This document shows positions 51,507-64,000 of a DNA stretch of 64,000 nucleotides, one piece after another (the stretch's first letter is position 1; each line of letters starts with the position of its first letter). The notes under the pieces are model-generated. The model saw nothing but the letters and a program-made list of their open reading frames with translations, ran no database searches and was not told the DNA's origin. This DNA comes from the human T2T-CHM13v2.0 reference genome, Homo sapiens, in assembly GCF_009914755.1 (NCBI RefSeq), contig NC_060941.1; one strand, 5' to 3'. The position numbers and the translations under genes were made by a program.

Positions 51507-53886
51507 CAGGCATCCCTGAGAGACATTGCAAGTTTGGTTCCAGACCACCCCAATAAGGAGAATATCATAACAAAGTAAGTCACATGAATTTTTTGGTTTC
51601 CCAACACATATAAAAGCTATGTTTACACTATACTGCAGTCTATTAAGTGGGCAACAGCATTATGTCTCAAAAGCCAATGTATATACCTTAACTTGAAAAT
51701 ATTTTATTGCTAAAAAAGGTGAATGATCATCTGAGCCTTCAGTGAGTCACTCTCTTTGCTGGTAGAGGGTCTTGCCTCAATGATGACTGCTGACTGATCA
51801 GGGTGGTGGTTGCTAACGTTGGAGTGGCTGTGGCAATTTCTTAAAATAAGACGACCATGAAGTTTGCTCTATCATGTGACTCTTCCTTTCACAATAGATT
51901 TCTCTGTGGCATAAGATGCTCTTTGATAGCATTTTACCCAACATAAAACTTCTTTCAAAATTGGGGTCAAGCCTCTCAAACTCTGCCGCTGCTTCATGCA
52001 CTAAGTTTATTTAATATTCTAACTCCTTTGTTGTCATTTCAACAATGTTCACAGCATCTTTACTAAGAATAGTTCCTATCTCAAGAAACCACTTTCTTTG
52101 CTCATCCATAAAATGCAACTCCTCATCTGTTCAAGTGTCCTCATGAGATTGCAGCAATTTAGTCACGTCTTAAGCTCCACTTCTAATTTAGTTCTCTTAT
52201 TATTTCCACCACAGCTACAGTTACTTCCTCCACTGAACTCTTAACTCCCTCAGAGTCATCCAATGAGGGATGGAATCAATGACTTCCAAACTCCTGTAAG
52301 TGTTGATATTCTGACCTCCTCCCATGAATCATGAATGTTCTTAATGGCATCTAGAACGGTGAATCCTTTCCAGAAGGTTTTTAATCGACTGTGTCCAGAT
52401 GCATCAGAGGACTCGCTATCTATAGCAGTTATAGCCTTGTGAAATGTACTTCTTAAGTAATGAGACTTGGAAGTAGAAATTACTCCTTTATTCATTGGAT
52501 GCAGAATGGATGTTTTGTTAGCAAGCATGAAAACAACATTAATCTCCTTGTACATCTCCATAGAGTTCTTGAGTGACCACATGTGTGGTTAATGAGCAGT
52601 AATATTTTGAAAGGAACTGATTTTTCTGAGGAGTAGATCTCAATAATGGACTTAAAATATTCAGTAAACCATGCTGTAAACAGATGTGCTGTCGTGCAGG
52701 CTTTGTTGTTCCATCTATACAGCACAGGCAGAGTAGATTTAGTATAATTCTTAAAGGCTCTAGGATTTTTAAAATGTTAAATGAGCATTGGCTTCAACTT
52801 AAAGTCACCAGCTGCACTGGCCCATCACAAGAGAGTCAGCCTGTTCTCTGAAGCTTTGAGGTCAGGCATTGACTTCTCCTCTCTAGCTATGAATGTCCTA
52901 GGTGGCATCTTCTTTCAATAGAAGGCTGATTCTTCTACACTGAAAATCTGTTGTTTTGCGTAGCCACCTTCATCAATTATCTTGGCCAGATCTTCTGGAT
53001 AACTTGCTGTAGCTTCTCCATCAGCACCTGCTGCATTAACTTGCACTTTTAAGTTATGGAGATAGCTTCTTTCCTTAAACCTCATGAAACAACCTCTGCT
53101 AGCTTCAAACTTTTCTGCAGCCTCCTCACCTCTCTCAGCTTTCACAGAATTGAAGAGAGTTAGGGCCTTGCTCTGAATTAAGTTTTGGCTTAAGAGAATG
53201 TTACGGACAGTTTGATCTTCTTTCCAGACACTAAACCTTTCTCTGTATCAGTAATAAGACTGTTTGCTTATTATTTGTACATTCACTGGAGTAACACTTT
53301 TAATTCCTTTGAAGAACTTTTCCTTTGCATTCACAATATGGCTAATTGGTTGGTGCAAGAGGCCTAGCTTTTGTCTTGTCTCAGCTTTCAATATGCCTTG
53401 CTCACTAAGCTTAATCATGTCTCGCCTTTGATTTAAAGTAGGAAGCATGCAACACTTCCTTTCACTTGAACACTCTGGGGCCATTGTAGGGTTATTAACT
53501 GGCCTAATTTCAGTATTGTTGTGTCTCAGGGAATGGAGAGTCCCAAGGAGAGAGAAATGGGGGAAGGGTAGTCAGTGGAGCAGTTAGAATACATACATCA
53601 CTTATGAATTACGTTTGCTCTCTTATGTGGGTACAGTATGAGATACCCCAAAACAATTACAATAGTAACATCAAAGATCACTTATCACAGATTACCCTAA
53701 CAGTATAATAATAATGAAAAGGTTTGAAATATCGTGAGAATTAACCAAAATGTGAAACAGAAACAAGTGACCACATGCTGTTGGAAAAATGGTGCTGAAA
53801 GACTTGCACAATGCAGGGTTACCATAAACCTTCAATTTGTAAAAAAGCACTATAAAAGCAAAGCGCAATAAAATGAGGGATCCCTG
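51507..53886 (-). mobile_element. Full-length Tigger1 (Tc1/mariner pogo-type DNA transposon), 2,380 bp, decayed transposase
   Basis: Termini ta|caggcatccctgagagacattgc and (minus strand) cagggatccctcattttattgcgc. Transposase fragments in ORFs 53248..53484 (MAPECSSERK...IKLSEQG), 52915..53145, 52492..52725, 52256..52582, 51813..52001. Confidence 0.95.
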
Positions 53887-53950
53887 CAATTAACTTTATA
53901 CAAAACCAATGACTCCTGTAATAATAAAACTTAAGGTTTTGATGGCCTAC

Positions 53951-54072
53951 CTGTAGATCTTTCACATTTGGAAAAGGAATTCCTATTGTTATGACAGCAC
54001 GGGCATTGTCATCTGAGAAATCCAGACCCTCACTCACTTTACCACGACAAACTGCTACCAGGAGAGCTCCAT
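53951..54072 (-). CDS. BRIP1: BRIP1/FANCJ coding exon 16 (122 bp), helicase motif V
   Basis: tgttgtttaag|ATGGAGCT...CTACAG|gtaggc. Translates (D)[49 protein letters not shown] is the XPD/FANCJ-family motif V. Partly visible in ORF 53819..54037. Phase 1 to 0. Confidence 0.98.
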
Positions 54073-54539
54073 CTTAAACAACAGAAAAAAGCATATCCAA
54101 AATTCTCAGAAATTGCTTATTCTTGTCATTTTGAAAATACCTGATTTATAATTATAGTAATTACAGTAGCAAATTTAAAATAATCAAAATAAAACACTAT
54201 TATGAGATAAAGTTTTAAAAGTTCAATGTCTTTAAGTAAATAAGGGGAACAAAATTACATTTATATGCAAAAGGGTAGCAAACCAATTTACAAACTCTGC
54301 ATCTTCCAGATAACTTATACAGTAAAAACATGTCAGAATAGCAACTTGCATATGAACTGTGTGATTATAAACAGGTTTATTTAATAAAAATTGAAGTTGC
54401 ATTATTACCTTTACCACCTGAAAGTAAAATTCTCAGAATAATTGAAATAATTGTAATTGATAATACATATCATATGGAATCAATATATTTAAAAGTATTG
54501 AAAACAGACACAGAGAACACCATAATATATACACCATAA

Positions 54540-54952
<413 letters not shown>

Positions 54953-55343
54953 TAACTTGGAATTGAGTTTTCAGTTATGTTTTGAAAATTCAAGTTTACC
55001 TTATGTAATAGAATACAAGCACCAAGTGTACTAAATGCATCAGAATATAGGTCTCATTTGGCTAGTAAGGAATATATTTATATATATCCTAACTGCCTTT
55101 TTGCACAAACTATTTCAGGTAGTGCACTGAAGACTGTGAGATGATGGCATCGTTTTTCTTAAAGTTGAATCAGCATACTCAAGTGAAAATATTCATAGGA
55201 GAACAAGTACAATTAAAAGAATTTCTTTACCCAATTTATTTTCTTTTCACTCAGGATTATAATTTTTCTCTTAAGTGTAATTCATCTAAAAATATAAAAT
55301 TATAATTGTACCTTCTTACTTTGTAATAAAAAATATTTTTTCA

Positions 55344-55529
<186 letters not shown>

Positions 55530-55599
55530 CTAAAGAGGGGAAAGAAAAAAATGATTTTTTGTGTGTCTAGCTAAACAAACTTAACTTCATTTGTTTAAG

Positions 55600-55745
55600 C
55601 CAATGTGACTACGGCAAGTATATTAATCTCTCTGTGTCTTTTCTCATTTATAAAATGAGGAAAACAATATATCTCATAGAGCTGTTATGGGGTTAAATTT
55701 ATTAACAGATTTAGAGAGATCTGAATGGTGCTGGCACAGTTAGCT
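55600..55745 (+). mobile_element. MIR
   Basis: gtgactacggcaagt...ctctctgtgtcttttctcatttataaaatgagg...gtgctggcacag. Confidence 0.7.
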
Positions 55746-55850
55746 GCTGCTGCTGCTACTACTACTATTATCTTGGCAATTTCTACCACTACTACTGCTA
55801 CTACTACTATTACTACTACTACTTCTACTATTATCTTGGCAATTTCTACC

Positions 55851-55881
<31 letters not shown>

Positions 55882-55894
55882 TCTTGGCAATTTC
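55743..55894. repeat. Compound higher-order repeat: (CTG/CTA/CCA)n tracts punctuated three times by atcttggcaatttc
   Basis: Anchors at 55770, 55833 and 55881. Confidence 0.92.
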
Positions 55895-56315
55895 AAAAGC
55901 AAAAGCAAAAAACAAAAAACCTCTGTCAAAGTTAACAAACTTTAAGTTCTCTCTTTAAACCTAAGGTGAAGTTTCTTAATATTCTTAAATAGTCTTCAAA
56001 TGAAGATGATTTAAGATCATTTTACTAAGTGTATAGGCAGATAAGCTCATTATTTGAATATTTGATCATCATTAATAACCTGCATTGAAAAAAGATAGAA
56101 ATAAAGACTCAGCCAAGAAGTAGAAAATATATGGGCACAAATGGAACATTTACAGCCATGGGCTAGATTACAAAAGGACATTCAACAAATTTTAAGCAAT
56201 CCTTATCATATTGATCACATATTTCAACAGTTATGCCATGGTAGATTAAAAGTCAATAATATAAAGTCATGGTAGATTAAAAGTCAAGCCCAAAACAAAA
56301 ACTCATCTTGATTGA

Positions 56316-56606
<291 letters not shown>

Positions 56607-57284
56607 GTAAAACTCATATTCTTAAAAACCATATGAGTTAAATAGAAAAAACACAGTATAACTCATGAAATCTTTAGTTATGAATAAGAAAAGCACTCAC
56701 AATTCGAAACATGTGGCATACAGCAATGGCAATACATGGAAATACATTTATAGCTTTAAATATATTTATTTTTAAAATGTCAAAATAAAAGAATCAAGTA
56801 TTCTTTCCAAGAAGCTAGAAAATGAAATATAGCAAATGCAAAGAAAGAAGTTAATAATAAAGCTGAATAAATGAAAAAGACAAAAGCTAATATTAGAGAT
56901 TATTATTTAAATTGAACTGTTTTATCCACTTGTTATATACTATGAGTTCTACACAATTTGGACAAGTTATTATAAGAAACCACCCAAAATTCTCTGGAAA
57001 ACAGCAACTGATCAATTTTTATAAGATAGTTTATTTCCTCAATTTTACCTTTAACTATTTTTAGAAATAAACTTCTTAATAAGACTATAAAACAAAACAT
57101 TAGTAAAATAGTTAACTGCTGTACAATATGCTTTAATTAAATAGGAAGAACTACTTTAATTCCATAAACACAGCTAAGAAGTTATTATATTACTTTTTAT
57201 TCTCCAGAAAGACATCAAGGGAGGAATAGAGGAACAAAAAAGCTGTAGTTAGACAGAAAACAATTATTGAAATGATAATGTCTT

Positions 57285-60625
<3,341 letters not shown>

Positions 60626-60659
60626 AAATAAAAATCAAAATAAAACAGTATATATAGAA

Positions 60660-62455
60660 ATGTTTTATGGGTTTCAATATACAAGTCTTTTACCTCCTTA
60701 AGTTTATTCCTAAGTGTTCTATTTGTTTTGATACTACTGCAAATGGAAATGTTTTCCTAATTTGCTTTTCAGACAGTTTGTTGTCAGTGTGTAGAAATAC
60801 AACTCATTTTTGTATGTTAATTTTGCATATTGCAACTTTACTCAATTTATTAGTCCTAACAGGTTTTTTAAAAATAAGATCTTTAGGAAAGATCACGTCT
60901 GTAAATAAGGACAATTTTACTTTTTCCTTTCCCATTTGGAAGACTTTTATTCCTTTTTCTTGCCTAACTGCTCTGGCTAGGAATTCTAGTACTACGTTAT
61001 ACAGAAATGGCAAGAGTGGGCATCCTTGCCCTGTTTCTGATCTTAGAGGAAAACCTTTCAGTTTGCACCACTGAGTATGCTACGAGCTTCTTACATATGA
61101 CCTTTATTATATTAAATTTCCTTCTATTCCTACCTTGTTGAGAATTTGTATCATGAAAGTGTGCTGCATTTTGTCAAATGCTTTTTTGCATTATTGAAAC
61201 AATGCATGAAGATTCTTTTCAGCAGATGGTGTTGAGAAAACTGGATCACCACATGTAAAAAGAATGAAGTAACACCTTGCCTACATAATAAAAATTAACT
61301 CAACATTGGTCAAAGACATTACTGTAAGAGCTAAAAAATATAAAACTCTAAAAGAAAAAAATAGAAGGCTTTATGACCTTGGATTTGGCAATGATTTGTT
61401 GGCTGTGGCATCAAAAGCATAAGTAACTAAAGAAAAATACAGATAAACTCGGATTTCATAAAAAATTATAAAACTTTTTTGGATACTGTCAAGAAAGTTA
61501 AAATGATAGTACACAGAATGCAAAGCATATGGCTGATAAAAGATTAATATCCAGAAGATATAAAGAACTACAACTCAACAACGAAAAAACCAAACATATT
61601 CAAATATAGGCAAAGGACTTTAATAGACATTTCTTGAATGATTAAAAAAAAAAAGGCCCAAAGGACATGAAAAGATGCTCAACATCCTTAGTCATTAGGA
61701 AACTGCAAGTCAAAACCACAATGAAGTCCCACTTCACTTAGTATAACTGCTGTCCAAATAAGTAAGTGTTGCAAGGACACGCAGAAACTGTAACTGTCAC
61801 ACATTGCTAGTGGCAATGTAAAATGGTACAACTGCTGAGGAAAACAGTCTGGCAGTTCCTCAAAAGTTCATAGGCATAGAATTACCATATGATCCAGCAA
61901 TTCCACTCCTAAGTATATAACCCCAAATATCTGAAAGTACTAGGATCCAAACAAACAGCTGTATGCTGATGTTTATAGAAGCATTATTCCCAATAACCAA
62001 ATAGTGGAAACAACTCAAGTGTCAATCAACAGATGAATAAACAAAATGTATGACCTACGTGCAATGGAAAATTATTCAACTATAAAGGAATGAAATTCTG
62101 ACAAATGCTTGAATATGGATAAACCCATAGTAAGTGAAAAAAGCCACTGTATTTTTGTACACAAAGTACAAATATTATATGATTTCACTTATATGAGGTA
62201 CCTAGAATAGACAAATTCTTAGAGATGGGAAGTAGAACAGAGGTTACCAGGGCCTGAGGGAAGGGGCTAAACAGGAGTCATTGTTCCATCAGTACAGTTT
62301 CTGACTGGGATGATTGAAAAGTTTTGGAAAGGGATACTGGTGATGGTTGTACAACATCATGAATGTACTCGATGGCACTAAATTGTACACTTAAAAATGC
62401 TTAAAAGGTAAATTTTATGTCATGTGTATTTTACCACAATTTTAAAAATTGAAAA
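60660..62455 (+). mobile_element. L1MB-type element with inverted 5' segment (antisense 60660-61205, sense 61210-62455)
   Basis: Minus ORF 60804..61013 is L1 RT (LYNVVLEFLARAVRQEK...VKLSLFTD); sense 3' end ...tattttaccacaattttaaaaa. Confidence 0.8.
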
Positions 62456-62643
62456 GAACACACAAATGAATACTATTTAGTAACATAAATAAATGAACTA
62501 GTTTCTCACATATTAACCAGGATGAATCATAAACTTCTAGATGTTGAGTAAAAAATGCAAATACAGATAGATAACAAATATGATTTCATTTATATAAAGT
62601 TCAAAAACAATATGTTCTTTGAGAAAAATATATATAACTTTAA

Positions 62644-62998
<355 letters not shown>

Positions 62999-63852
62999 AG
63001 ATGGAAGCTTCTAATGTAGAAATAATGTTCTATTTCTTAAGCTGGGTGATGGATACTCAGATCTCCATTTTATTATTATTTAAAATGTACATATTAGTTT
63101 TGTAGACTTATATACACACATATTTCACAAATATAAAATATAAAAATTAAACAACATTAGTCTGATTATTAATATGATGAGTTAGAGGAGGGGTTATAAC
63201 AGGTACATTTAGGCTACTAATATAGTAATCCAGAGATGGTGGTAGCTTGAATTAGAAAGAGTTAAGAAAAAAAATGCAAACCTTGAGAATAAGATAAAAA
63301 AGAAACAGTACAAACTTTCCATTTCAAATGGAGGCAAAGGCCCACTAGAAGATTATCTAGGGAAATACACTTTGTTGAACTCACTGTTCACTATTAATTA
63401 AGGTTCCAGACTTAGCAAAATTATATTTCAACTTAGATATTTTTGTCTAATACAAATACAAATCATTTCTGTTCAGGAGAAAAGATAACCCTAAAAGTTA
63501 CTATTTATTGCCCTGTAGTACATCAACCAGTTTTCTTATAGTCTATTCCTTTATTAAATTGCCTACAAGTACGTGAATCCTTAAATGCTCTCTGAATAGG
63601 CCAATCATCATACTTTTTCTTCATTAATCAGTGAGTTTAATAAAATCTGTGATAGGTGTTAACTTTATATGTGAGCTATGACTTTATCTTTTTGAAAATT
63701 AACTGTAGAGAAAGAAAAGTGAACAGATTATAAAAATACTTAAAATTAAAATGAGTAAGATATGGTGTTGGATGGGACATGACAGGGAAGGGAGAAAAAG
63801 GTTCACAGGTGCTCTGTAGGTATATGATTAGCCCAAATATGATTACAGTACC

Positions 63853-64000
63853 TGCTATGTTTTGAACATTTGTCCTCTCCAAAATGTTGAAATTTAATCT
63901 CTAATGTGGCAGCATTGAGAGGTGGGGGATTTTAAGAGGTGACAGGGTAACAAGAGTGCTGCCCTCATGAATGGATTTGTCCAGTCATGTATTAATGGCT
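63853..64000 (+). mobile_element. MST (MaLR) LTR 5' part, cut by window edge
   Basis: tgctatgttttgaacatttgtcc...tgttgaaatttaatc...gccctcatgaatggatt. Confidence 0.78.

Noticed and set aside
51813-53484. Domesticated or active transposase gene (TIGD1-like)
   Set aside because: The coding region is broken into at least five frames by stops and frameshifts.
55685-55958. Poly-Val and poly-Thr/Ala ORFs (mucin-like or membrane-like)
   Set aside because: Open only because the trinucleotide repeat lacks stops in those frames.

Overview
Primate, almost certainly human, genomic DNA. The window lies entirely inside BRIP1 (FANCJ/BACH1 DNA helicase), which is on the minus strand. Four coding exons are present, conventionally numbered 15-18: 55370-55529, 53951-54072, 26751-26863 and 4253-4335. 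They have canonical GT-AG boundaries, splice in frame, and encode the C-terminal part of the helicase core (motif V and a motif VI split across an intron). The rest is intron: intron 15 is 1,297 bp, intron 16 is 27,087 bp, intron 17 is 22,415 bp, plus parts of introns 14 and 18. The introns are dominated by about 35 Alus, old L1/HAL1/L2/MIR copies, solo LTRs (MER68, MST, MLT1) and DNA transposons (full-length Tigger1, Tigger3b, MER1B, MER2, MER20, MER44, MER58, MER5). Almost all ORFs in the supplied track are Alu/L1/Tigger artefacts. I see no new gene system. The most unusual features are: (1) a perfect 34-bp minisatellite whose every unit is a 13-bp hairpin, about 0.7 kb upstream of exon 17; (2) a 41-bp templated insertion copied from an L1/L1 junction 3 kb away; (3) a candidate poison exon in intron 16; (4) a sense-oriented full-length Tigger1 64 bp from the exon 16 donor; (5) a UAG-rich higher-order repeat upstream of exon 15. 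Repeat subfamily names come from recognising consensus sequences by eye, and repeat boundaries are approximate.
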